A DNA stretch of 60,380 nt, the filler included. It is 3 parts of 3 records of this genome, joined end to end, with 100 filler letters (N's around TTAATTAATTAA, not from the genome) between each part and the next. Parts side by side here need not be neighbours in the genome. Positions count along the whole stretch, not along the records: positions 30,063 to 43,202 come from SRR20825019_2024; 2 more parts are not named here. The stretch is one strand, 5' to 3'. The number at the start of each line of letters is the position of its first letter. Position 1 is the stretch's first letter. Of the stretch, positions 34,395 to 42,899 are shown one piece after another. The notes under the pieces were generated by a model. That model was not told the DNA's origin. It worked only from the letters and a program-made list of their open reading frames with translations, and did not search any database. The translations under genes and the position numbers were made by a program.

Positions 34395-35579
34395 ATGAAA
34401 AATTATTTTATATATACATTCTTCGCCTTAATGCTAACTTTTGGAACCGTTTCCTGTGGCGAAAAAAAACATACTGACGACCATTCTGAAGAATCAAAAG
34501 AAGTAGAAACACATTCTGAAAATGAAGTTATGCTCACAGCACAACAATTTGATGCGCTTCAAATGAAGATAGATACCCTAACAACTCGCCCAATGAGCGG
34601 TTATGTAGAAGCAAATGGAGAGCTGGAAGTTCCGCCACAAAATGAAGCTTTAATCACTGCAATTATTGGAGCGAATGTAGCCTCCATTGAGGTTATAGAA
34701 GGTGATAAAGTAAAAAAAGGGCAAATAGTTGCTTATTTATCACATCCAAATATTGTGGAAAAACAAACCCAGTATTTAAATGCTCACAGCAATAGTGTAT
34801 TTTTGAAAAAGGAGTACGAACGTCAACAAAAATTGTATAAAGCAGGTGTTGGCTCAGGGATGAATTTTCAAAAAGCAGAAGCAGCTTATCAAGCTTCGGT
34901 AAGCCTTGCACACGGCTTAGAAGCACAATTACAGCAGTTGAATGTTAATACTTCTGGTGTTCGTAATGGCACAATTTATCAAAAAGTTGGCTTAAGAAGC
35001 CCAATTGATGGTTCTGTTGAATCTGTTTTAATAAAAAATGGGCAATATGTAGAACCTCAAACTAATATGTTTGAGATTATAGATACCCACCACGTTCATG
35101 CAGATTTGATGGTTTTTGAGAAAGACGTTACTAAAATTAAAGTAGGACAAAATGTTCGTTTTAACATTCAATCCCTTCCTGGGAAAGAGCTAAGTGCGAC
35201 TATTTATTCAATTAGTAAAAGTTTTGAAAAGGGCCCAAAAGCGTTGCATGTACATGCCGAAATTGAAAATAAAGAGGGTAACCTTATTCCCGGAATGTAC
35301 ATTCAGGGGAGAATTGATATAGAAAACACAATTTCTGTTACTGCAATTCCTGAAGGAGCTATAGGAAAAGACGGTGATCGATTTTATGTTTTTACCGCAA
35401 AGAAAGAAAATGAAGATTGGAGTTTTGAACCCGTAGAAGTTATAGTAGGCACTAAAGATAGTGATTGGGTTGAAGTTAATTTTTTGAAAACTCTTGAACC
35501 AAACACTAAATTTGCATATAATAATGCGTATTATTTACTAGCAGAAATGAAAAAAGGAACTGCTGAACACAGTCACTAA
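34395..35579 (+). CDS. RND efflux periplasmic adaptor (CzcB/CusB-like), lipoprotein
   Basis: Lipobox TVSC, His-containing N-terminus, GDKVKKGQ and LIPGMY MFP motifs; directly after the RND gene. Confidence 0.9.
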   Translation: MKNYFIYTFFALMLTFGTVSCGEKKHTDDHSEESKEVETHSENEVMLTAQQFDALQMKIDTLTTRPMSGYVEANGELEVPPQNEALITAIIGANVASIEVIEGDKVKKGQIVAYLSHPNIVEKQTQYLNAHSNSVFLKKEYERQQKLYKAGVGSGMNFQKAEAAYQASVSLAHGLEAQLQQLNVNTSGVRNGTIYQKVGLRSPIDGSVESVLIKNGQYVEPQTNMFEIIDTHHVHADLMVFEKDVTKIKVGQNVRFNIQSLPGKELSATIYSISKSFEKGPKALHVHAEIENKEGNLIPGMYIQGRIDIENTISVTAIPEGAIGKDGDRFYVFTAKKENEDWSFEPVEVIVGTKDSDWVEVNFLKTLEPNTKFAYNNAYYLLAEMKKGTAEHSH

Positions 35580-35583
35580 AACT

Positions 35584-35997
35584 ATGGTTGATATAGAAAA
35601 TATTTTAGAGAAAAATGCTGTAAGACCAACAGCCATGAGACTTCTTGTCTATAGGTTTCTTTTTGAAAAACAAACCGCCGCTGCTCTTACCGATATTGAA
35701 AACCATTTTGTAAAGTCTGATAGAACAACTCTTTACAGAACTATTAAAACCTTTGAGGAAAACGGAATTGTTCATCAAATTGATGATGGTACGGGCATAT
35801 CAAAATACGCACTTTGTGAAGAAGGCTGCAATTGTGAAATAGAAACTGATCTTCACTTACATTTCCATTGTAATTCCTGTGATGAAACCATTTGTTTAAC
35901 TGAACATAAAATACCACAAATCAATCTTCCTGAAGGATTTACAGCAGAAAATGCAAACCTTGTAATTAAAGGAGTTTGCGATAAATGTGTTCGTTAA
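35584..35997 (+). CDS. Fur-family metal-responsive transcriptional regulator
   Basis: VRPTAMR, DRTTLYRT, HLHFHCNSC and CDKC motifs. Confidence 0.9.
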   Translation: MVDIENILEKNAVRPTAMRLLVYRFLFEKQTAAALTDIENHFVKSDRTTLYRTIKTFEENGIVHQIDDGTGISKYALCEEGCNCEIETDLHLHFHCNSCDETICLTEHKIPQINLPEGFTAENANLVIKGVCDKCVR

Positions 35998-36014
35998 TGC
36001 ACTTCCATTGCATT
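35996..36014. promoter_or_regulatory. Palindrome AATGCA-N7-TGCATT, candidate operator upstream of the P1B ATPase
   Basis: aatgca cttccat tgcatt directly after the Fur-family gene. Confidence 0.45.
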
Positions 36015-36044
36015 GCCTATTTAAATACCTTGCACTTTAAATTC

Positions 36045-36099
36045 TAGTAGTTATCTATTCGAAACTTATAAAATAAATTTCGAATAGATATTTCTACTA
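36045..36099. repeat. Long inverted repeat/hairpin in the ATPase leader
   Basis: tatctattcgaaacttat-aaa-ataaatttcgaatagata (one mismatch), with outer tagtag/ctacta pairing. Confidence 0.75.
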
Positions 36100-36120
36100 A
36101 TTCGAAAAATGTAACGTGTA

Positions 36121-38076
36121 ATGAAAAAACAGAATATAAAACTTAGTAATCTAAATAATGACGATGGGTGCTGTGGCTGTAGCCCAACTCATACTGCTCC
36201 GAATTCTGAAAACAAATCGAGGATAAAGGCTTACATTCCAGCAATTATAAGTTTCGTAATGCTTGTAACTGGTATAGCTTTAGATTATTTTGAAGTAAGT
36301 TTTTTTCAAGATTGGTTAAGATTAGCGTGGTATAGCATCGCATACATTCCAGTTGGTTTCCCTGTAATAAAGGAAGGCTGGAATAATATTAAAAGAGGTG
36401 ATTTTTTCACTGAATTCTTTTTAATGACAATTGCAACCGTCGGTGCTTTTGCCATTGGTCATTATGAAGAAGGAGTTGCCGTAATGCTATTTTATACTGT
36501 TGGTGAGTTATTTCAGAATTCAGCAGTACAAAAAGCACGCGGAAATATTAAAGCATTATTAGATGTTCGGCCTAATGAAGCACTGGTTTATAGAGACGAA
36601 AAATATATTTCGGTAAATCCTGAAGAAGTAGCTATCGGTAAAAAAATTCAAGTTCGCGTAGGTGAAAAAATTCCTTTAGACGGCACGCTACTTTCCTACA
36701 AAGCTTCCGTAAATACCGCAGCGATTACTGGCGAGAGTAAACCTAGTTCACTTCAACAAGGAGATGAAGTTTATGCTGGAAGTATAAATCTTGATGGTGT
36801 TATTGAAATTGAAACAACCAAAGCGTTTAATGACAGCTCAATAGCTAAAATTTTACATTTAGTTCAAAATGCTACTTCACGTAAATCTAAAACTGAGCTT
36901 TTCATTAGAAAATTTGCTCGTGTTTATACCCCAATAGTGGTGTTTTTAGCAATCAGCGTAACTCTTTTGCCCTACTTTTTTGTAGATAATTATGTGTTCC
37001 AAGATTGGTTATACCGTGCATTAATATTTTTGGTTATTTCATGCCCTTGCGCCTTGGTAGTTTCTATTCCGTTAGGTTATTTTGGTGGACTTGGGGCAGC
37101 ATCCAGAAACGGAATTCTTTTTAAAGGTGCTTCTTTTTTAGATGCAATAACAAAAATAAATACCGTAGTAATGGATAAAACTGGAACTATAACAAAAGGT
37201 GTTTTTCAAATAAAGGAAATTAAAAGTTACAATGGTTCTGAATCTGAAATGATGCAATATCTTTTGGCTATGGAAAGGCAATCTACTCATCCTATTGCCA
37301 AAGCCATCTTAGAATATAAAACCGAAAGTAAAAATTTTGAAGCTACAGATGTTAAAGAAATTGCTGGAAAAGGCCTTAAAGGAATCGTGAATAACAAAAC
37401 GGTTTTAGTTGGAAATATAGCATTAATGAACACATATAATATTGATGTTACAGCTGAAACTGAAACTATTGTAGAAACTATTGTAATGATTACTATAGAC
37501 GGAAAGTTTTCAGGCTATGTAACTATTTCAGATGAATTAAAGGAAGATGCGCATCAAGCAATAAAACAAATTCGTGATGTAGGAATTTCGAATATTATAA
37601 TGCTTTCGGGTGATAAACCGTCAATAACCGAAAAAATTGGACGTGAATTAAAGTTACAAAAAGCAATTGGAGGCTTACTTCCCGAAGATAAACTGAATGA
37701 AGTAGAAGCTTTAAAAAGAATTCCAGGCACAAAAGTGGCTTTTATTGGGGATGGCATAAACGATGCGCCCGTAATTGCTGCAAGTTATGTTGGTATTGCA
37801 ATGGGTGGCTTAGGGAGTGATGTAGCAATTGAAACTGCAGATGTTATAATACAGACAGATCAACCTTCAAAAATTGCACGTGCAATTAAAATTGGTCGTT
37901 CAACCCGAAAAATTGTTTGGCAAAATATTGCATTAGCATTTGGTATAAAATTAATTGTGTTAATTCTTGGTGCTGGTGGAATTGCCACCATGTGGGAAGC
38001 TGTCTTTGCTGATGTTGGCGTTACATTTTTAGCAATATTGAATGCCATTCGACTTCAAAGAATGCAATGGACTTAA
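36121..38076 (+). CDS. cadA: Heavy-metal-translocating P1B-type ATPase (Zn/Cd/Pb, CadA/ZntA-like)
   Basis: TGES, SCPCAL, DKTGT, HP and GDGINDAP motifs; N-terminal CCGC. Confidence 0.9.
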   Translation: MKKQNIKLSNLNNDDGCCGCSPTHTAPNSENKSRIKAYIPAIISFVMLVTGIALDYFEVSFFQDWLRLAWYSIAYIPVGFPVIKEGWNNIKRGDFFTEFFLMTIATVGAFAIGHYEEGVAVMLFYTVGELFQNSAVQKARGNIKALLDVRPNEALVYRDEKYISVNPEEVAIGKKIQVRVGEKIPLDGTLLSYKASVNTAAITGESKPSSLQQGDEVYAGSINLDGVIEIETTKAFNDSSIAKILHLVQNATSRKSKTELFIRKFARVYTPIVVFLAISVTLLPYFFVDNYVFQDWLYRALIFLVISCPCALVVSIPLGYFGGLGAASRNGILFKGASFLDAITKINTVVMDKTGTITKGVFQIKEIKSYNGSESEMMQYLLAMERQSTHPIAKAILEYKTESKNFEATDVKEIAGKGLKGIVNNKTVLVGNIALMNTYNIDVTAETETIVETIVMITIDGKFSGYVTISDELKEDAHQAIKQIRDVGISNIIMLSGDKPSITEKIGRELKLQKAIGGLLPEDKLNEVEALKRIPGTKVAFIGDGINDAPVIAASYVGIAMGGLGSDVAIETADVIIQTDQPSKIARAIKIGRSTRKIVWQNIALAFGIKLIVLILGAGGIATMWEAVFADVGVTFLAILNAIRLQRMQWT

Positions 38077-38206
38077 AACAATTCATTCTTATGTAGTCTT
38101 ATATTCTTATTACATTTCGATCATAAAAAAACCATCAATTAGATTACTTTTATATCAAAATGGACAGTAATTTCACGAAAAGTTGCAAAAATTTAAATGA
38201 ATTAAA

Positions 38207-38776
38207 ATGGCAAAAGGAACTGAAAAACATATAGACACAGCGCAAAAAGAAGCTCTTTTAAAAATTTTAGAAACTCGTTTTGAAAAAAATAAAGAACGTC
38301 ATTCCAATATTGAATGGAAAAATGTCCTTGCAAAACTTGAATATAAATCAGAAAAACTTTGGTCTTTAAATGAAATGGAAAAAACTGGAGGCGAACCAGA
38401 TGTTTTTGGTTATGACGATAAAACAAAAGAATATATTTTTTATGATTTTGTCGCAGAAAGCCCCAAGGGTCGCAGAAGTTTATGCTATGACCATGAAGCT
38501 TTAGAGTCAAGAAAAGAGCATAAACCAAAAAATAGCGCACTAGCTATGGCTACAGAAATAGGCATTGCAATTTTAACAGAAGAAGAATATAATCAACTAC
38601 AAAAACTCGGAAATTTCGACACTAAAACTTCAAGTTGGCTAAAAACCCCTTCAAAAATTAGAAAATTGGGGGGCGCAATATTTGGGGATTACCGTTTTGA
38701 AACTGTTTTTGTATATCACAATGGAGCAGAATCATATTATGCTAGCAGAGGATTTCGAGGGTCGATTCGGGTTTAA
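38207..38776 (+). CDS. DUF4256-family protein
   Basis: RFEKN..RH, EMEKTGGEPDV, ESPKGRRSLCYD, YHNGAESYY..RGFRG motifs. Confidence 0.8.
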   Translation: MAKGTEKHIDTAQKEALLKILETRFEKNKERHSNIEWKNVLAKLEYKSEKLWSLNEMEKTGGEPDVFGYDDKTKEYIFYDFVAESPKGRRSLCYDHEALESRKEHKPKNSALAMATEIGIAILTEEEYNQLQKLGNFDTKTSSWLKTPSKIRKLGGAIFGDYRFETVFVYHNGAESYYASRGFRGSIRV

Positions 38777-38797
38777 TAAACTCTGGTTTCCTTAACA

Positions 38798-40060
38798 CTA
38801 TTCCCGTTCATGTTCCTCCATATCCTTCCGTAAATCTAATTTTCTTAATTTAGGAAAAAATGCACCCGTACCCACTACGGTAAGGATTGTCATTGTCCCT
38901 CCAAAAACTACGGCACTTACAGTTCCCATTAATTTTGCGGTTAATCCACTTTCAAAAGCGCCTAATTCATTTGAAGACCCCACAAACATAGAGTTAACAG
39001 ATGCTACGCGACCTCTCATATGGTCTGGAGTGCGAAGTTGAAGAATTGTCTGCCTAATAATTACTGAAATACCATCTGTAATTCCGCTTAGAAAAAGTGC
39101 GATAACCGAAATCCAGAACCAGCTAGAAAGTCCGAAGACAATAATACAAACCCCAAAGCCAAAGATTGCAAAAAGCAGTTTATAACCTGCATTTTTATTT
39201 AGTGGAAAATATGCAGAAGTAAACATTATTATCAATGCACCAACAGCAGGAGCTGCTCGCAAAATACCGAACCCCTCCGGCCCTACTTTAAGAATATCTT
39301 GAGCATAGATAGGTAGTAAGGCTACGGCACCGCCAAAAAGTACGGCAAACATATCTAATGTAATGGCGCCCAAAATAACTTTTGTACCTAGCACAAATTT
39401 CACTCCTTCTTTAAGGCTTTTCATAACAGGTTCCCCAATATTTGGGTTCAATATAGGTTTTCTAGGTATTTGAATTAAAAGCAATAAAGCAAATAGTGAA
39501 AATGCGAAAATAAAACACATAGACCAGTGCACTCCAATCCAATGTATAAAAAATCCGCCAGCTGCTGGGCCTAAAACTGCACCCATTTGCCAAACAGAAC
39601 TACTCCAAGTAGCTGCATTTGGATAAATCTTTTTTGGAACCAATAAAGAAAACAGTGAGAAAATAGTTGGTCCTAAAAAAGCACGAACAATTCCGCCGAG
39701 AAATACTAAAAAATATACCAAATATAGAATCGTATCTGTTGATAAATCCCCTACTACTAGTGGCCACGTAAGAAGAAACAATCCTAAGCTTACTACTGAA
39801 AAACCAAAAATGCATTTAAACAAAAGCCCTCGTTTTTCACGCTGATCTACAATATGCCCAGCAAATAATGCCATGGATACGGCTGGAATTACTTCCATTA
39901 AACCAATTATTCCTAAAGAAAGTGGATTTTTAGTAATACTATAAACTTCCCATTCAATTACAACAAATTGCATGCTCCATGCAAAAACCATGGCAAAACG
40001 GACTAAAAGAAATATATTAAACTCCCGAAATCGTAATGCTGCGTAGGGGTCTTTCTTCAT
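38798..40060 (-). CDS. MFS transporter (EntS/MFS_3-like)
   Basis: About 12 hydrophobic segments; AGHIVDQREKR, LDMFAVLFGG, TPDHMRGRV. Confidence 0.9.
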   Translation of the reverse strand: MKKDPYAALRFREFNIFLLVRFAMVFAWSMQFVVIEWEVYSITKNPLSLGIIGLMEVIPAVSMALFAGHIVDQREKRGLLFKCIFGFSVVSLGLFLLTWPLVVGDLSTDTILYLVYFLVFLGGIVRAFLGPTIFSLFSLLVPKKIYPNAATWSSSVWQMGAVLGPAAGGFFIHWIGVHWSMCFIFAFSLFALLLLIQIPRKPILNPNIGEPVMKSLKEGVKFVLGTKVILGAITLDMFAVLFGGAVALLPIYAQDILKVGPEGFGILRAAPAVGALIIMFTSAYFPLNKNAGYKLLFAIFGFGVCIIVFGLSSWFWISVIALFLSGITDGISVIIRQTILQLRTPDHMRGRVASVNSMFVGSSNELGAFESGLTAKLMGTVSAVVFGGTMTILTVVGTGAFFPKLRKLDLRKDMEEHERE

Positions 40061-40133
40061 TAAAAATAAATTACTTTTTTAAAGTGAAAAAGGTAGTATT
40101 CGAGAAGAAAAAAACTTCTGTACTACAAAAGTA

Positions 40134-40748
40134 CTACACCAAACTGAATATGGCAATGGCATACAAATAAAAACGTACAAAACGAAGTAAGCCAAATAAC
40201 AGGTAGTTTCTAAATTTATAGTTTATCATTCCAGCCGCCATACTCGTCATTGAATAAGGAATAGGTAATAATGCTCCTACAATAATTAAAAAACCTCCCC
40301 ATTTTCTAATATGCTTTAGATGTTTTTTCATCTTCCCTTCCATATACGCATACACTTGTGGTATGTTAAAAATCCATTTTCCAATAAAATAAGAAATGAT
40401 TCCCCCTAAGTAAGATAAAGTAGCTAAAAGTGTTAAATACACTAATGGTTCAGGCGTTTTATCACTCCAAGCTATGAAGATTTCTGGTGGAACAAGACCT
40501 AATAATGATTCAGAAGCTAGAAATACTAGTAGAACTGTTATTGGAGCAAATGTTTCAGTTATATAGGTAAATAGATTGCTAAAATCTACCACATAAAGAT
40601 CTACAACAATTAATGCTGCAATTAAAAGAACGATTGGGATAATCGCTTTTTTAAGACTTTGACCCACAAATGAATAAAAACCCGTGTATTTATAATACAA
40701 ATGGGTTCGTTTCAATTTGCTTGTTTCAGTTTTCTTCAATGTGCTCAT
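40134..40748 (-). CDS. YqaA/DedA (VTT/SNARE-associated) membrane protein
   Basis: SESLLGLVPPEIF, GALLPIPYS, RFVRF motifs. Confidence 0.8.
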   Translation of the reverse strand: MSTLKKTETSKLKRTHLYYKYTGFYSFVGQSLKKAIIPIVLLIAALIVVDLYVVDFSNLFTYITETFAPITVLLVFLASESLLGLVPPEIFIAWSDKTPEPLVYLTLLATLSYLGGIISYFIGKWIFNIPQVYAYMEGKMKKHLKHIRKWGGFLIIVGALLPIPYSMTSMAAGMINYKFRNYLLFGLLRFVRFYLYAIAIFSLV

Positions 40749-40778
40749 TTATAAAGGACTACTAAAAGTTTTATTTTG

Positions 40779-40786
40779 CAAAGATA
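40779..40786 (-). promoter_or_regulatory. Bacteroidetes housekeeping -7 promoter element TATCTTTG for the yqaA-like gene
   Basis: Matches TAnnTTTG 30 nt upstream of the start codon. Confidence 0.6.
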
Positions 40787-40829
40787 TATCTATACGCCTT
40801 ATTCCACAAGACTTTAAAATACATTTACG

Positions 40830-40904
40830 GTTAATTGTATGTTAAACCAATTTTATTTCAAATAAATTTCCAAAAACAGCACTCAAATGTTAATAATTAG
40901 TTAA
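40830..40904. promoter_or_regulatory. Two GTTAA-N6-GTTAA direct-repeat pairs (response-regulator-like boxes)
   Basis: GTTAA at 40830/40841 and 40889/40900, both with an 11-bp period. Confidence 0.45.
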
Positions 40905-40929
40905 ATCATTACTTTGTAATACATAGTAC

Positions 40930-40955
40930 TGTAACATAACTATCAATTGTGCGTC
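40930..40955 (+). promoter_or_regulatory. ECF sigma-type promoter TGTAAC-N16-CGTC
   Basis: tgtaac ataactatcaattgtg cgtc, ending 31 nt before the ATG at 40987; fits the AAC/CGT ECF consensus. Confidence 0.65.
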
Positions 40956-40986
40956 TTTTAAGTATAACCCAATAAATATAAATATT

Positions 40987-41073
40987 ATGAGAACTTTAGA
41001 CAGCAACCTATTAACAGACAAAATGAAAACTTCAAAATCGTATTCTTGGAATATGAAAAGAAGATTTCGCTAA
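40987..41073 (+). CDS. 28-aa microprotein A: MRTLDSNLLTDKMKTSKSYSWNMKRRFR
   Basis: A-rich leader with A at -3; 14/28 identical to the next ORF, with synonymous codon differences. Confidence 0.75.
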   Translation: MRTLDSNLLTDKMKTSKSYSWNMKRRFR

Positions 41074-41106
41074 AAAAATTAATCCTAAACTTTAAAAAAT
41101 AAAATT

Positions 41107-41193
41107 ATGAGAACATTAAACAACAATGCACAGCAACACAGACCTAATAATTCCAAAGCATATATGTGGAATTTGAAAAGACGTTTTAAATAA
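41107..41193 (+). CDS. 28-aa microprotein B: MRTLNNNAQQHRPNNSKAYMWNLKRRFK
   Basis: Starts exactly 120 nt after A, same length, shares SKxYxWNxKRRF. Confidence 0.75.
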   Translation: MRTLNNNAQQHRPNNSKAYMWNLKRRFK

Positions 41194-41225
41194 CGAAGAC
41201 TATTAAAACCAAAAATTAATTAGCC

Positions 41226-41354
41226 ATGAAAACACTAAGAAACACTATAAAAAGAATAAAATGCGGGTCTCAAAAACAGCATACATTAAACTTTGTAAAC
41301 CAACACTTATTTGATGACCCTACAATTAAAAAAACATGCAGACACGTGTATTAA
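41226..41354 (+). CDS. 42-aa microprotein C: MKTLRNTIKRIKCGSQKQHTLNFVNQHLFDDPTIKKTCRHVY
   Basis: Third ORF 119 nt after B, similar M[KR]TL start, A-rich leader, followed by a terminator. Confidence 0.55.
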   Translation: MKTLRNTIKRIKCGSQKQHTLNFVNQHLFDDPTIKKTCRHVY

Positions 41355-41378
41355 AAAATATAGCAACCAAAACTGACT

Positions 41379-41415
41379 AAAGCTGGATTGAAACAAATTT
41401 CATTTCAGCTTTTTT
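41379..41415. terminator. Probable bidirectional intrinsic terminator
   Basis: aaagctg-gattgaaa-caaa-tttca-tttcagcttt-tttt between the convergent microprotein cluster and the DUF1456 gene. Confidence 0.65.
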
Positions 41416-41710
41416 ATTTTCTAGGGTTTGGATTGTATTTACGAACTGGTTTTGCTTTAGGCTTAGGTTTTATTTCTTTTTTTTCGGGCATTGGGCCACG
41501 TAAATGAATAACCAAACCATTTAAAAAATTACGAAGGAACTGATCGCCACACTCCACATATTTTTCATGGTTTTCATTTCTAAAAATGGCTCCCAACTCA
41601 CTTTTTGTAACTGCAAAATCTACCAAAGCACAAATTTTCACAATATCCTCATCACGTAGTTTGTGAGCTACGCGAAGTTTTTTCATTATATCGTTATTAG
41701 TTAAAGCCAT
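41414..41710 (-). CDS. DUF1456 (YehS-like) family protein
   Basis: MALTNNDIMKKLRVA...ECGDQFLRNFLNGLVIHLRG. Confidence 0.85.
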   Translation of the reverse strand: MALTNNDIMKKLRVAHKLRDEDIVKICALVDFAVTKSELGAIFRNENHEKYVECGDQFLRNFLNGLVIHLRGPMPEKKEIKPKPKAKPVRKYNPNPRK

Positions 41711-41834
41711 AATTATATTTTTTTGTGAAGTGGTTCTTATGCGAAGGTATTAATTTAAAAAAAGAAAGTATATGCCGTTGCTATTTTATTCAAATTGAAT
41801 TAAATAAAATTGGCTTATTTTTTCTAAATATATA

Positions 41835-42485
41835 TTATTGTTTCACTAAAATAGCGGTAGCTTTATTGCCAGTAAGAAGGTTCCATTCATAAGAGGCTAA
41901 AATATTTCCAGACTCATCATAAATATTAAGTTGCGCAGTATTCGGCCCTGAAGAACCTTGGTTTAATGCTTCAAAATCTATTTTGTTGAAACCATCCAGC
42001 AATGGAAGATCAAACCCTCGAAAACTTCCTTCCAATCTTGCAACTGGTATTAAAATATCACCATTTACATAAACTCTAATCATATCGCCATCCACAAACT
42101 CGTGGTCGCGATACATAATGGTTGCTTTTTTGGTAGTAGTTTTAAAATCACCTAAATATTGATCTTTCCCATATTCTGGTTTTTCCTCTTTATCTTTTGT
42201 AAAGTATTTTGGAGTTTTATTTGTTGTATACTCCATCAAGCCGTCTCCATTCTGAATGTCTAATTGCTTCTCTTCTTCTTTTCCTAAATTAGAATTATTT
42301 GGCGTGTTGGGGTTTCTATTATTAGTTAAAGTTGGTGCTTTTATTGCTGGTATTTCAAAACCTGTAGTGCTTTGTGTATTTGATGTAGATGAATCAAACT
42401 GAACAGAGTTATTAGGCAATTCTATTTGAGAAAACATGGTATATGAAAATAAAACACAACCAAAAACTACAATTTTTTGAAACAT
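41835..42485 (-). CDS. Secreted hypothetical protein
   Basis: Signal peptide from MFQKIVV; conserved-looking C-terminus RDHEFVDGD...ALNQGSSGPNTA. Confidence 0.7.
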   Translation of the reverse strand: MFQKIVVFGCVLFSYTMFSQIELPNNSVQFDSSTSNTQSTTGFEIPAIKAPTLTNNRNPNTPNNSNLGKEEEKQLDIQNGDGLMEYTTNKTPKYFTKDKEEKPEYGKDQYLGDFKTTTKKATIMYRDHEFVDGDMIRVYVNGDILIPVARLEGSFRGFDLPLLDGFNKIDFEALNQGSSGPNTAQLNIYDESGNILASYEWNLLTGNKATAILVKQ

Positions 42486-42571
42486 AACCAAAATTTTAAA
42501 AATAGAATAACAACAATTGCTCCAAAAATAATATTTGAAGCATAACAAATTGCCATTAAAATCTTAAAAAA

Positions 42572-42778
42572 TTATTTTTTCCGTTTTTTTCTCCAAATAA
42601 AATAAAAAACAACTGCACAAATTGGTAACACGATATAAATAATAATATCTGCAGGATTAGAAAGATCGATAGGTTTTTCAGTTGGTTTAGGCACATCTGT
42701 TGGTTTCTGTGCATAAAGCGTTGAAACTACTATAGAAATTAATGCCAAAAGGATACATTTTTTAGTCTTCATATTCAT
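42572..42778 (-). CDS. Small membrane protein (signal peptide, short Pro-rich linker, C-terminal TM with basic tail)
   Basis: 68 aa; PIDLSNPADIIIYIVLP...WRKKRKK. Confidence 0.7.
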   Translation of the reverse strand: MNMKTKKCILLALISIVVSTLYAQKPTDVPKPTEKPIDLSNPADIIIYIVLPICAVVFYFIWRKKRKK

Positions 42779-42899
42779 TTTTTATTCAAAGTAAGCAAAA
42801 AATAATTAGCATCAAATTTTAACAACTTCTGTTAACTATTTGGAAATGTAGATAAAATGTGTTACTATGCCGTGTTATTATAAAAAACAGAGAGAATAT

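Noticed and set aside
40981-41230. The 120-nt periodicity read as a CRISPR array or ncRNA repeat
   Set aside because: Similarity follows codon structure with synonymous changes; no identical repeats, unique spacers or cas genes.
38798-41413. Complete RiPP gene cluster (peptides plus MFS exporter)
   Set aside because: No modifying enzyme or peptidase nearby; MFS and DedA genes are divergent and look like ordinary chromosomal genes. Kept only as a speculative orphan-precursor idea.
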